A stretch of 64,000 bases of DNA from Eutreptiella sp. 'Long Island Sound 2002' (lineage: Eukaryota; Protista; Euglenida), in the NCBI GenBank assembly GCA_964036045.1, contig OZ038378.1:169322001-169386000 (forward strand), given 5' to 3'. Numbering within the stretch: the first letter of the stretch is position 1; the number at the start of each line of letters is the position of its first letter. The translations under genes were made by a program, and so were the position numbers. A model generated the notes under the pieces. It was not told the DNA's origin and made no database searches. It saw nothing but the letters and a program-made list of their open reading frames with translations. Of the stretch, positions 24,584 through 38,260 are shown in pieces.

Positions 24584-25316
24584 GTGTGCCCCTGCATGTG
24601 TACAGGAATGGTGTCGGTTTGCAGGACTTAGGCACCGCTACGCCAATGCTGCCTCTTCTCGACATCGCATTCATCGTGCCCGAATTATCGTGCGTGATTT
24701 GTGTGCATGCAGAATGCCATAGCCTACTGCAAGATTGCAACCCCCCTCTTTGCAAATCAGGGGTCTGGTGAAGACATGCCACACCCTATGTTACGCTCCA
24801 CCGGCCGCATGTATGAATTGCTATGCTTTGCACTGGCAGGCAAAAGAACGCCATTAGCTGGCCGACAACAAGGGGGGGGGGGGCTTCGGCAGGGGACAAT
24901 TTCGGCTCTCAGATTGGTGCCGAAATTTTCCCTGCGAAGAATTTTGCGCGACTAGGGCCAGTAATGTGGGCACTACTCGCCATGCGGGGAATTGTGTGGA
25001 CCTGAGGAAACTGGACCCTCATCACACCCTTTCCTCGAGTTAGTACCCCCCTCAATATGGAGAGCCGACCTCAGGTCTTGCTGATTTGGCATCTATTGTT
25101 CCCCAGAATTTGGGTGTCCCGAAATTTCCCGCAACTGTCCCCAGGGCACCAAAATTTTCCCCTGCCGAAAATATCCCCGGCCGAAATCCCCCCCCCCCCC
25201 TGTAAGGCCACCACCAACCAGTGCCGCCAACTGGTTGACGAGCCTGTACCCCCCTGTATTTCCTCTTCTTGCTCCTGGACCTCTGCGTCGCTTCTAAACA
25301 ACTGGTTTCCCTTCAG

Positions 25317-25517
25317 GAGCACAAGTGTATGCTGTGCAACATGGACTTCACGCTGTTTCGCCGGCCGCACCACTGCCGCAAGTGCCACAGGGTGTGCTGT
25401 GCACGCTGTGCCCCGGAAAAGCGGCAGCCTCAGTTCAGTGAGTACGGTCTGAGGCCTACCAGGGTTTGCAGCAACTGCGTGGAAATCAGTGTGGCCCAAT
25501 CCTTGGGGATCATGTGA
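25317..25517 (+). CDS. FYVE gene A terminal exon: FYVE zinc finger
   Basis: TTTCCCTTCAG| acceptor; CMLC..FTLFRRPHHCRKC.RVCC..C...RVCSNC; stop at the same codon as in the paralog. Confidence 0.92.
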   Translation, partial: EHKCMLCNMDFTLFRRPHHCRKCHRVCCARCAPEKRQPQFSEYGLRPTRVCSNCVEISVAQSLGIM

Positions 25518-28500
25518 GCTCGGCTGCAGTGCATCACAGCATGGTGGACGTAAGCCTGCCATCTTGTTCAAGTCGATTGTAGACGATGTGTTCACGATCT
25601 GTCTGTGGCAGTTGTTTTGAAGCTGATCAAATCGCTGTCCGAGAAGTGCACTGCTGTTTTTTGGGGTGTGTGAGGGGCGTCAGCGAGTGGTTCAGATGTG
25701 TTCCTAGTGAGGAGCCTTGTGGATGGCGCTGGGTCCTACCCAGTTGCCCATAGGCCGGGGCTCCTTCCTACTGAGCTGACTGGCATGTGGGGCTGGATCC
25801 TACTGAGATCCCCTCACCAGGGCAGGGGGTCACCCCCCGCCCCCGCCCCCACTCAGCAAAGGCCTTTCCTCGTCCCTGCGCATTTCCATGCATGCAGCCG
25901 GACGTATACGTTATTGTGTGTGCGTATGAATGGCGTTGTCGGTGTCTTTGGGTTCTGCAAATCATTTCCGGTGCCGCATTGCGGAACCGTCTTCCAAAGG
26001 GATGGGGTCTGGATGTATGCCGTTCCATGCCTCTTTGTACATTGGCGTGCGTTTGTAAGAGCGTAGGGTCTGTGAGAATCCGGCGCTTCCCTCCGCTTGA
26101 CTCTTGACTGTAGAATTTTGGTGCCGCCAGGTCCACGAGGGGAGTGGCGCCCCGCTATTGCAGCCCCGGGGGCAGGGGTCGCAAACAGGGCAGTCCTCCA
26201 GGAACCACGTCAAACTGCTTTGGTTAGGAACAGCCCCGGAGGACCGGCCGACGGCGGTAGGACGGTACCCGATGGCGGTTGGAGGACAGGAAGGCAAATC
26301 GGTGGCGCCCGGTGCTGATTGACCGCGGTTTTGGCGAAATGGAAAGCAGATCCGTTCCTGCTGTTGGGAAGAGTCCTGCTCGCCAGCAGCAGACCAGACA
26401 AGTGCTGGAGGCCTCAGGGACTGCAGTATGCCGTGGGCTACTCCTTCCGCAGTGTTCTCGCTGGATCCCATTCGAATCCCTTAGATGTCTGCTTCCGTTT
26501 GATGGCCCCGGTGTAAAATCAGGCGACGAGAGGGGTCGTTCCCAGGCAAGGAATCAGCCGTTTGCGATATTTCACAGCCATTTAGAGCGACACTGTGCAC
26601 CAGCAGGTGCTTCAGTGAGCGATGGCTTTGCAGTGCATTCTGTCCAGGTCGCAAAATGCAATGTGCGCCGTCTGGGGTACGTGCACGCCCGCGCATGTCC
26701 CGCACGCACGCACACACGCACGCACACATGCACTCACGTACGCATGCACGCACGCGTTGTTAAATGAGCAGCGCTTTCCCCCCCGCGCCTGCTACATGCT
26801 ACTGGGCAAAACGTTGAATCAATGCTTTGCCTCGTCAGCGATCTTTTTGCCCCATCAATGGATTTGTTACCAGGGTAGCCAGCTGTTTCTTTCAGGAATG
26901 CAGCCGCTCCAGGCAACTGTGAGCTCACGCCGGGTCAAGAAGGTGGGCGCCAACAGGTATTTCATTGGTCAACAGCCTTCTTTTAGCGCGCCCGCTTGCG
27001 GCTGGCTTGCTCCGAGTGTGCTATGCATCGAGACGTCCCCCCTCAGGGAATCAAACCCGCGTATCCATCAACTAACCTCCGGTCCCCATTTACCCTCAAG
27101 CAGTGCTTTCCGCCACGCAGTTGTGGACTGGATTTGAACTGCCCCTCCAGGGGCACGCACATGAAAAAGCGGGCTCGAAATTCAAGAATGTCGTGTCTAA
27201 CCCCCAAAATTGATATGCACCTGCACACAAAGGCGCCATGCCAGCCTCCTCGAGTTCCAGACCCAGTGTCCAAATTTGTGCCGCCGTGTGTGCCTTGCCT
27301 AGCCCTGCGCTCACGATCAGCGGGACACCCTGACACAGACTGAATCAAATATCGGTCAGCTGCCAAACAATGTGTGGAAAGGCCCCTGACCGTCCAGGGG
27401 ATTCATCCTGGTCTCTACAGACAACTATCTACTGTCCACTGTTGCACTCCTGAACAATCTGCACGGTGCAGACAGACATTCTGGTGGGTTCCCGCTTGGG
27501 GGATAGGGGCAGCATGCGAGTTGGTGGTTGGGTCACGGCCGACGACAGTTGTCGGAGGGTAGTTGACGGGTAACCGGCAGCTATTTATGCTTAACAGGCG
27601 GCCTTTGCAGGGCGATCCCCCTTTAGGGCTGCTGCCCCCCCTCATCCTTCACTTCCATTCGTAGGGCAGGGTTGGGGAAGGTGGAACGACCGCGGTTGGA
27701 GGATACCCGGCTGTTAACTCTCGGCGGCTTGAGACTTACTTAGTGATCGACACTGGTTGGTGGGTGGCTGTTGGCAGTTCGAAGCTGACGGTTGGAGGGT
27801 GACCAATGTCGGTTGCAGGGTAGCCGACGGCGTTTGGTAGACATCACAAATACCAGAGTCGGTTCTTTTCTCCCGCCTTGACTGCCCTGGGCCGTTGTTG
27901 GCCGATATCTTCTTGTGATTCCAGCCGACCGGAGTCCTGCAGTCTTTTCTGTCATTGGAGAATGCCCTGGGCGTTGCTGCTGTGGGCTTTGAACTGCTTG
28001 TTGAAAGGTTCTGTTGCTTTGTGACGATCTTTTGACCCCGTCTGCCATGTCCCTGCGCCAATGCATTTGCAGAATTCTTTTCAGAACTTTTGTCAATAAT
28101 TCTATCTTAGTGTCGGTTTCGTGTTTAACGGTTTGGTCGATTGGTTTTTACCGCACCAAACAGACTTTGCACTGCTGCTGGCGTTCGGAAGCTCGAGGCA
28201 GATGGCAAGGATCCGGCTCGGGATTGCTGGGGTGATATGCTGCTATGCCCTGCGGTAGCCGTTTGGCAGCGCGGGCCAGGTTCAGCAAAAGTGCAGAAAC
28301 ACGGGGACGCCGTGTTCGGAAGGACGGGTGGGGGATGGGGGGGTATGAATCCAACAAACTTAAATAGCTCCACAGTAGACGCGTGAATTGAATGTTGTTG
28401 TGGCGAGCAATAATAGGCAGAAAACGGTCTTTGCCCCTGATTTCCAATGAGTGCTCCTCATTCCGGGGGCGGGTTCTAAGAAGCTGGACCTTGGTTATCA

Positions 28501-29049
28501 GCCACGATGGGCTCTAGTCACTTGCAAGCCACTTCAGACATGCAACCAAGGTCCCATGTTGGGTTTGGTGCTCTGTTGCTCCCTGTGTCCTCAGCGATGT
28601 AGTGTAGGCACCTAGGAGAAGGGGGGGGGAGCGGGGTACATCGCAACACTGAAAAATAATCCTTGCATGCCTGTGTCTCAGCCAAAAAATGCAGTTTCCA
28701 TAGTGCATTGGTTTCTTGTGGACTGGGTTGCGTCGCAGCCTTTCTGTGAATATTGATCGTTTTGACGCTCTTACGTTGCCCCCCACCACCACCCGGAAGT
28801 TGACCTATCTAACACGCTGCCCTTGCCACCCCCCCCCCCCTTCCTCCGAACCTCTTTGATCCCACTCTGGCTCCAGAAGGCATGTTGCACGGAAGGTCAC
28901 ATGGTCCAAAATGGCCGCTGCGGATGCGGCAAACAAGCATGGGTGGGGTGTATGCATGTTTTGAAAGGGTACCCCCCTCCTCCTCTTTCGCTGTCACAGG
29001 TTTGTGCAAACACGGCAACCCTGTGTTTCTGCACTTTTGGGACTTTTTA

Positions 29050-29420
29050 GAACCATCGTGTTTGCAGTTCCAATACTAACAGACTGTAGTTTGTAGCTTT
29101 TGTGCAGGCTGCAGCAGTGGTCAATTGGGGTGTCAAAGTGTTGGTGCAGGTGCAATTCCATGTGCTCTTGTGTTGTGGTGTGTATGCTGCCCTGTTGGGC
29201 ACCCTTCAGTAGTCATGAGCAGTTCTCTTTTCACTGCCGGATTGCTTGTCACAGACCTTGTCACAGACCTTGTCACTTGTACACAAACAATCAGTTTGTG
29301 CGTGCCCGAGTTTTGGGTCCCTCTACACAAGGTGAGCGGCATATTCGCATTGTCTATGTGAGCAAAGTCATGAACGAAACTTCATAAAAGACGTTGTGGA
29401 TGACAGTTTTGTTCCCAAGG
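29050..29420 (+). mobile_element. Dispersed repeat; inverted-orientation copy at about 58290-58730
   Basis: Near-identical ORFs 29125(+) MGCQSVGAGAI... and 58432(-) MGCQSVVAGAI...; extended nucleotide match. Confidence 0.85.
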
Positions 29421-31526
29421 ATGAGAACCCCAAGCCAGCCCCTAAGCCAGCCCCTAAGCTAGCCCCTAAGCCAGCCCCAAAAGGCAAGCATGTCATGTCC
29501 AGCTCTTCAAGATGAGGTGCCCAAGGTTGGGCAAGGGGTTCTATCCAGTGCCTGTCAATTAGAATGCAAGCAACTGAGTGGTGCCTGAGTGGTGCACATG
29601 AGGATAAAATGCTTCGCATTGTCGTGTTTTCATGGGGTACGGTTGGTTTATGTCTGCAACATGTGTTCTCTGGTATGTGTCGCGTGCAAGCATGTCCAAA
29701 CATGGCGACCCTACGTTTCCGCCCTTTTACTTAACCTGGCCCATGTTCAGGACATTTGAACGATGTTTTGAGCCCCATCAAGGGGTGCATCAAGGACGAC
29801 AGGCATACATGGAAATTGTGTGGAACATTTTGGAAGTTTGTGGGGCGAGCGGGGAAGGGGGCCTGGGCACCGTTTAAGGTTGAACATCACAGCCACCAGC
29901 GCCTTTGGGAACACAAGAAAGAAAAGGGTTCAGACTCTGATGGGATCTTTGAAGGCAACAATGGCAGTGGGCAGCGGTTCTAAGCCCTGCCTCCAAAGCT
30001 GGGGGGATTAAGGAATGGATGCGAGAGTTGAACTTGGAACGTGGCTTTTTCCTTTGCATGCCCAGGTGTGCAATGGACCCTTGAAATAGCATCAACTAAG
30101 CAGGAACATGCACATCAGTGTTTCGGCAGATGCGCCCTGTGTCATGAAACCCACTTGTTTTGGGTAGGAGGGGATGCCTGGGCATGTACGAAGCACTCAA
30201 ATTACGAACCAGGCCAGTTTAAGCTGAAGTGGTGGGGGTAGCAAAGTGGGCTAAAGTGCCCCAAAGTGTACATTTCAGTTTTGAATTGCAAGTTGATTTA
30301 ACAGAGTAAATGGGCATTTTCTGGTACAGATTTCATGCACCAATCAGGATCACTGATCCTCCCCGGAAGCACTTGCTCCCACTCCCTTTTTTGCTTTGGG
30401 TGGCACAAAGGATGCGTCATACAGCATTGGCTGTCATGGGAGTGTCCGCATGCAGCATACCTGTCACTGTCTTCTATGTCCAACCAAAGACTGTTGGATG
30501 GATAGGCTGTACATCTGTGCTGCACTATGGATGTCCTATTCCCATGCCCTATCTTTTTTTCTCCGGATGGTGCAGGTGGATGGGTGGGTGCGTGGGTGTG
30601 GTGCGGTCGGTTTGTCATCTTTCATTGCAACCCATGTCCAGCAGCAGAGAGTCACACAGGAGGGGTAAGCTGTGCACATGCCATGCGCCCAAATAGATCA
30701 TTTTCCGTCTTCAAAACACTGAGGCAAACGCAAATGCAACATGAACAATTAGAAAGGCACTGATGTGCATATTTTTTCTTTCTCTTTTTCAATGGGAACA
30801 TGTTGATACTGCCAGAGCACGTTTGACTATAGTTCTCTGTCCTCTTTCCCTTGCTTGCATGCATGAAGGTTGTGAAATGAGCGCCACGAGCTTGGGATTT
30901 GTTGAGCATTGTTGAACTGAAGATTTGTTCCGGGACCTCAGCCTTTTGCTCATTTATTTTCAGGTCTTTTTGCTGTACCCGCTGCAACAATCTCTGTGTT
31001 TGAGGTGGGTAGGCATAATTGTGCGTACCAGGCCTTTTCTTATTAGAGTGTACACCCTACAAGAGGGGGGGTGGGTTGCCTGCTTTTTGATTGAAAGTGG
31101 ATGCCCAGGAGCCCACCATCCTCATGAATACAGATGGTAACTTCATACAGCCTTGGGCACTGCATATTCCAGTGTCCTCAAAACCTCAACAGCTTGGGTT
31201 CCCCTCTGAGAGGGCAGGATTGTATCATAGGGGGAGTGTTAGTGCGCCGGGCACACTTTTGTTACCATTCCCCACCGGTGCCTGTTTTTGCCCCCCCCCT
31301 CACCAAACAATCTGCCCCCAAGAACACAGGGGTGATGTATCCATTTCTGATTTGGTCCCCTTTTATTGGGGACCCTTGAGAAGGCAGGGGCTATATAGCC
31401 AATCTGTCCGTATTTTATTGCAGTTTTCTCAGTTTTGCATCCGGAGGCAGGTCCGCTACCCTCCTTATGGACCATGGGACCATTTTCCGCCTCATGTTTG
31501 GACGGACAAGAGCAACTCAGCCGGCA

Positions 31527-31684
31527 TGCAGGATGAGGGAGAGGATGAGGTAGAAGTGTGTGCGTTGTGTCCTCACAAGCACTCCACCGTCACATTTTGT
31601 GGTGAGTGTAAGCACTATTGTTCTGAATGTATTGACACCCACACTTGTGGGAATAATATTATTTGTGAAGCACATTCTGAGTGA
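31527..31684 (+). pseudogene. B-box-like zinc-finger coding fragment
   Basis: CALCPHKHSTVTFCGECKHYCSECIDTH...CEAH fits the CxxC...FCxxC...CxxC...H pattern; no clear gene context. Confidence 0.5.
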
Positions 31685-34600
31685 CATTTTGCGTTGTTGA
31701 GTTCTCGCATTTTGGCTTGTGCAACGTGCTTTGCAGGGAAGGTTTGAAGTCCAGTGCGGTCTACTTGGGGGACTTCCCTAGGTGAGGATAAACTTGGGGC
31801 TAGAGCCAGGATACTCCCCCATAATTGTTGCCACCAACTTGAAACAAATGTCCTCTTAATCTTGTGTGTGGGGAGAGCAAAGGCTTCTTGGGCTTTTGAA
31901 AGTGAGCCAGCTGCCATGAAATGGTACTTGGGCACCAGAACAAAACAGACATGATGTGGGGTTTCATTGCCTTTACAATGCAGAAAATAGCCAAAGTGGC
32001 GTTGGTGTCACTTCAATACGTTTTGTGATTCTGATACATTTTCTAACCCAGTTTGCATAAGTACAGCACGTCCAGTTGCTGGCACACGAGGTTTCCATGT
32101 TCCTTTCTGCATGTTGCCTTGCCTGCCCAATTATCTTTGTGCCCCAGCTTGCCTTTGCCTCAACAGCGCTTTGATGTGAGATGGTGAGTGCTGTGTTGGG
32201 GTATCTTAGGGAATACTCATGGCATGATGTGCATGTGGTGTGGATAGCAAGCAGGCATCAGCCAGAATAAACTCCGTGGGGTGCCAGTTACCAAAAAAAA
32301 AAATTCCCTGTCCAGTAAAGACCTATCTGGTGAATTAAAGTACACGACGTTGATTGGCATGGTGGTTGGGGGTCCCAATAGTGGTTGATAGGTTGTAGGT
32401 GGCTTGTGCAGGATAGGCCACAAATAGCCCTTTCAGTTGATAACTGCCCAGAAGCACAAGCTGCAAAAACGGATCCACAAGTGCGTACACCCCATATGCA
32501 CCTTGTTTCTATGAGGATTTGTCGGTTGAGGGGTCCATTCAATTCAAACCTGTGGACCAATGGGAAATGCCATGCACGCAGTGCGCACACACTGCAAAGT
32601 TTTGAATGTCGGCCAATACTCACACGCTACTTTTGGCCCCTTTTGACAAGTTTTTGGTTCCATACTGGGGTTTTTCTAGCTTCCTATGCATTTGGGATGT
32701 GGCACATTTGACTTGTCACCCTTTGTTGCCCAAGGTCAACCATTTTTACCCATTTTCCATCCCCCATATTGAACTCTCCCCACTATGGGGACCCCGAGAA
32801 GGCAGGGGTGATGTGGCCATACATAGCCCGCGGACCTTGAGGAGTTTGTGGTACGGCCTTCATCCCCACCACATCACTGATCTCGCTCGCCATCAACAAG
32901 TGTGTTGCGTTCACGCTCAGAATCACCACCGCCCTCCCCTTCACCCTATTCGCGGTCCCCATCACCCAAGAGACCACGGACAACACGTTCCCCACGCTCC
33001 GAGTCAAGGGACACCTCATCGCCGCCTCCAAGAGCGAAGCCACGGGCACCGAAACACTCGAAGCAAGCGGACTTTACAAGGCTGAGTGGTTTGTTCATAG
33101 GGACAATGGAGTACCAAGTTGAAGGCAGTTTCGTCGTTCTCATGTGGGCTTTGCTGCTTCGCTGTGCAACCAGTCAGGTGACAGGTATTCTTGGATGAGT
33201 ATCCCGGCCTCTGCGTGCGCAGTATGAACGCAATGCCCATGCAGTGCACACGAAGTGCGCACGCAGTGCAACAACTTGGCCCCGGAGTCTTGCGTCTAAG
33301 GAAAAAGATTTTGCCCTGTCTGCATGCAGCCACCAGTTGAGGGAATACTACCCCTCAAGCCAGCTGCACACAAGGAAAAAAGTGTCCTTTTTGTCATTGA
33401 CCGTACGACACATTACACACCAATCCTAAAACAGAAAAGTAAAGGCCTCAAGAAAACAACCCATTCATGTCTGCGTACATATCTGAAGGCATTGCCAGGC
33501 CTTGGTGGGCAAGGCCATGTCTCATAGACAACCAATTTTCTCACCTCTGCTCCATGTAAGTATTTGAGAGCCAATGTGTTTTTTACTAAGTCGGGTTTTG
33601 TTATATGTACTAGGGTTGTAAGCTCCTTGCATAGTACATGGGGTACCTGTTTCAAGGAAAATGGCGCATCCTATGTGGTCCCCTCCCTCCAATGTGAATC
33701 AGGGCACATTCACGTGTGTCGCAGTTTGGCCCCGATATGAATGGCGTGAACATCAGCTGTTTGTTGTGACACCACCCATACCCCCCCCCCATTGAATTCC
33801 CCCCCCTTCTCCAGCAAGAATGACAGCCACTGCTCCCTAAAACATGTTTTCTACAGTTGTGATAGCACTCCAAAAGCCCCTAAAATGCCGGAGAAACCGG
33901 GAAAGGAATCTATTGCTAGACCTAAGAAGATACACAACCTGGTTTCCATCAATCTGAGACCTCATGCACAGCCCACAAAGCTGACCGAAGGATTGTTGCA
34001 GGGTTTGGAGACATTTTGAGTCACCCCCCCCCCCCCGCCCCCCATTTGCATGTAATGGGCCCCCCTAGTCTGAATGGACAATCATCGCCCCCCTTGTAAG
34101 CACCCCCCAACTGGGATAGACAATCATCGCCCGGGCCACTAGGGGGGGGGGGGTCAGACCTAGATCTACGCCCTCGTGTTCCCCCCATGGTAGCAGCTAC
34201 ATGGCCCGTTGGCACCTTTGCTGCATCTACATGCCAAAGCTCTACTTGGGGACCTGCACGTTGGGGCTGCCGTTGCACAACACCTTGGGAATAATTCTAG
34301 TTGCAGATGGGACGGGCAGTTCATTGTCTTCACTATGTTTTGCGCACACCACCCCTCTACATTGCAGCACCCACTTAAGATTGTGTGTGTTCAACCTTCC
34401 GGTAGTATTGAGGTTAATTGGCCCATGTCGATACTCTCCCACGGGGGTTGCTCCCGGTGAGGACCTGACCCCAAAGCCCCCCCCTCCCCCTCTACAGACC
34501 CCAATGAACTGAGAATGGTGGCTATGACCATATGCCTATGACACGGGGGTACATGCGAGCTCAGTATCCGTTGCTCATGGCCCTCTACAGACCCCAAAAT

Positions 34601-35522
34601 GGTTGTACGGAAGAATGGGTTTTGTGGGCGCCAAAGATTTTGTTATACACATACGGCAGGGGAAAATTTTTGTATGACCCTATGTGTCTATACTCAAAAT
34701 ACTCAGATTTTTGTGGAGAATTCAACAATGGATGAAAAACACAAAACAGGATTTTGACCCCGACCCAACCGCCGGGCCGGACCTTGGAGGCCTGGCAGCC
34801 TGAGTTGATGGGCAAGTTTTTTTTTTGAAAAAAATCTCTACCCCAGTTGTGTATATTCAAAGTGATCAGCGCGTCATGGGGATCATTTTGGGGTATGTAT
34901 GTTGGGGTACCCACCGACCCCCCCTAGGGAGCCCGGTCACCGGCTGACCGCCCGACCCCCAAGGTTTGGGTCAAGAAGCCCCCAACCCCCCCCTACAGGC
35001 CCCAAAATGGTTGCACACCCCTCGGGGTCACATATTGGCTGCCACTGACCCCCGTGTACTCTCCATGTTGGAGAACCAGAGCTCGCTCTGGCCTAGCCTT
35101 GTGAGTGAAGGGTCATTGTCCAACCTCTAGCTATTTGGAAGCATGTGTATGTTTGGGGGGCGCATGTGTATGTTTGGGGATGCTCGAATCTAGCCCTACG
35201 AGCGAATTGTCACCGTCCAACCTCCAACCGTTTGGAGGCATGTGCATGTATGGGGTGCTTTGACCTAGCCCCAAAAGCGAAGGTTCATCATTCAACCTCC
35301 ATGCTGGCTATGCTAAAACCTAACATCTTGCCTCCTCCCCACCCCACCCCACCCCACCCCAACCCAACCGACCCACGCACCCCTACAACATTAGTTGAGG
35401 AGCTCACAGCATCCCCACGGTCCCAAGCCCATTCTAGGTACATTTTAGTGACCGTACAATGCAACTGGTGGTACACGAGGCTACCATACTAGACAATAGT
35501 TTGAGACACTGCTCAGTGTTTC

Positions 35523-36080
35523 TTGGTACATGATGCGGACCCTGATGAATGGGGTTTGTTTCTTAGAATTTTACGACCATGGTCGTTGGATCCAACCCGA
35601 AACCGGCGTCACCAGCTGGTTCCAAAAGAAGACAAATCAGTGTCATATTGCACAGGCCCACAACTATGGGACATCCCTGTTAGCTCATGTGCACCTCCTT
35701 TTTCCTGACCTATTGCACTCCATACTGCCAGGGTTGTGACAAGGTGCACATCAACAAAGCGTTTGGAGACAATTTGTCTGAGCTTTTCAGCGAGTCGCTA
35801 GGTGCAGCCCTTGAGGGTTTGAGGCTGCATGTCCCTCCTGCCACCCCCACCCGTCATGAAATGGCACTGTGGACCAGGGATAGTTGGGAAGAATCCTGGA
35901 CGTAGCCCTGAAGAGTGCAACAGTTTGCTGCATATTTCCCTGATGGTCTGAAATTTTCGCAATTGCTTGATATTGCCCATTTGGGCGATGAACTACAGCA
36001 CACCTCTTCAGATTCTGACTCTTTAGGGTCCAGTGACGATGAAGATGGCGGTGATGAGGTCTTGAGTACTCGGCTTTGAA
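35523..36080 (+). mobile_element. Decayed pogo-like (DDE_1) transposase C-terminal region
   Basis: TPYCQGCDKVHINKAF resembles T..xQPxD..xNKxF, preceded by a W...W..HxxL segment and followed by an acidic tail; frameshift and stops present. Confidence 0.55.
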
Positions 36081-36237
36081 CAGCTTGAGTCAGTCCAAAA
36101 AAAAAAAAAGACGGTGGTGATGAAAATGATGGATCCACCTCTGACGGGTCCAGCTCTGATCGGTCCACCTCAGATGGCCCTGAGTCTGTGCATTCCATGC
36201 ATTCCAGTGGCAGTGGCAGTGAAGTGTAGTGTACACA

Positions 36238-36809
36238 GTATTCTGGTATTCTGGTACAGGGGGGGGGGGGGGGTTCGCGATGGGAATATTTCGCCTGTGG
36301 GAAATTTTGTATTTCAAATGTGTGCGAAATTTCCCGCTCAATTTTCAGGCTGCTGTGCAAAATAAACCCGGCGCGAAATTTAGCCACGATGCTTGATCTA
36401 GAGTCATTTGAAATGCGAAAAAGATCAGTTGCACCGTACAAAACAGAGAGGAATTTTGGGCACGAAATGCCACTACTTGCATGCTTCCTCCTTGTGCCGC
36501 TTCTTCTCATCTACACCTCCACTGCTAACAGTCCAAAAAAGCGCCAGAAAAAGCGCCACAAAAAGCGCCCAGGAATCAAATCAACGCCACCTCAGGTGAG
36601 AGTGTAGGTGCATACCACTAGGGTATCACATAACTCTGTTTAAATAGTGGTTATGGGTAGCATAGATTCCGGACAGGCTTCCAAAAAAAACACACATACT
36701 TTGGGTTTCAGGTCACTGTGCGAAATAAACCTGGCGCGAAATTTTCTCGTGCGAAAAATTCCCTGTGCAAAAATTTCCCCACCCCTGTATTCCAGTATTC
36801 CAGTATTCC
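36238..36809. mobile_element. Probable MITE
   Basis: Inverted termini GTATTCTGGTATTCTGGTACAGGGG / CCCCTGTATTCCAGTATTCCAGTATTCC; internal repeated CGCGAAATTT motifs. Confidence 0.5.
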
Positions 36810-38260
36810 ACACGGTCAGGTGACCAACGGTGATGGGGAGGTGGTTGGGGAGGGAGATTGTCCTACCATTGACAATGATAATTTAAAAGGACAGCGGCAT
36901 TGAAGTGGTTTGGGCAAAGTGTGCATGGGGAACCTGGGGGTTAGGCCCCACTTTTGGGGACAAGTTGTATTTTACTTGGGACATCCCGGAGGAAAAGTGG
37001 ATCCCCAACAAGCTGGTGGCACCAATAGTGGCCAAACCTGCACCCAAACATGGAAAGCAACTTGCAGCGAACCCTGCAGCCAGCTCATCCATCCCTGTTT
37101 CTGATGGGGAACAGGTGCAGCATTTCAAGACTCTGTGGGACCTTAAGATGTTTTACGCTATCCCTGTTCGGCTGTTTGGCAGTAGGGGCAGCCAAATAAC
37201 TGATGGATGGATGCGGTCTATTGAGAATTTTGTTTGTTTGCATTGTGGGCCTCACACCATCAGCATCTCAGCACCTATCCAAAAGCCTTTAGCAACCAAC
37301 GGCAAGCCCTTTACTAGCCATGAATTGTGCACAGTATGGGCTGATAAGTCTATGGTTTGTGGTGGTGTCCATCAATGGGGGGGGGGGGGGGTTGCTGACA
37401 ATCCTCCCCCTAGTGGGGGGAACTGTTGCACCTCAGTCAAGGGGGGAGGGTAGGCAAAACACAGGTTAAAATTATAGGGGTTCAGTTAATTTGACCAGCA
37501 AACCGCACCCACCACTAAAATCAATGCGTTGTTGTTGTACAACCGCCACATCGCAACATACATGTTGCAACATACACCTTTTGCTAATGTGTGCTTTCTC
37601 TCAAAGAAAGAAAAAGAACATCTCCTGAAAGGTAAGCAACACATCATGCCCATTCTTTTGATTGCATTCTTCTGCAATGACTACATTGCACCACATGAGA
37701 GAATTTCATGGATAGATTTGCAAAGGTTTACCTTCCCTTGTTCACACATATTCATTTGATATGGCATGGGGCATGTAGTTCTTTTTTTTTTTTTTAAGAA
37801 ATGCTTCGCCACAATTGGTGATTCCAACAACCTCCCCTAGGTGAATGTGCAGGCACCATTTTTCTGATCTAGCACCGGTCCCTAAGTTACCCCGTCCCCT
37901 TGCATACCACACCTAAAGAGATGATGCAAGTTGATGACTGCACCTTGAACGATAGCAGGTGGACCTGACATAGGAACCGGTTGGACGAAGTAGTACGCCT
38001 ACACATGCATGCACTGAACAAGATATACCGGTACCTGTGTGCCGGCAAACACACCATGCATCACATGAGAGGACTAAAGACCATGTACCTGCATGCGAAC
38101 ACTGCTAAGCAGGAGGACCAAGAACCGGTAACCAAGAGATTGCAAAGTTGCGTGTGCGAACAACGGCTACATGTCACACTACATAACGCATAGGAGGGCG
38201 CACGCTAGGCATATATGCAGGTCAAAACCGAGGTTCGACACCAGTACGACATGGCTAAAC

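Noticed and set aside
25510-25520. GTGAG splice donor continuing gene A past the FYVE exon
   Set aside because: The paralog stops at exactly the same codon, so the TGA is likely the true end.
29632-29877. Tc1-like transposase fragment (MEIVWNILE)
   Set aside because: A single short motif with no supporting DDE residues or TIRs identified.
33413-33655. Kinase (ALKYLH) or reverse-transcriptase fragment
   Set aside because: No HRD/DFG or YxDD motif; the similarity is too weak.
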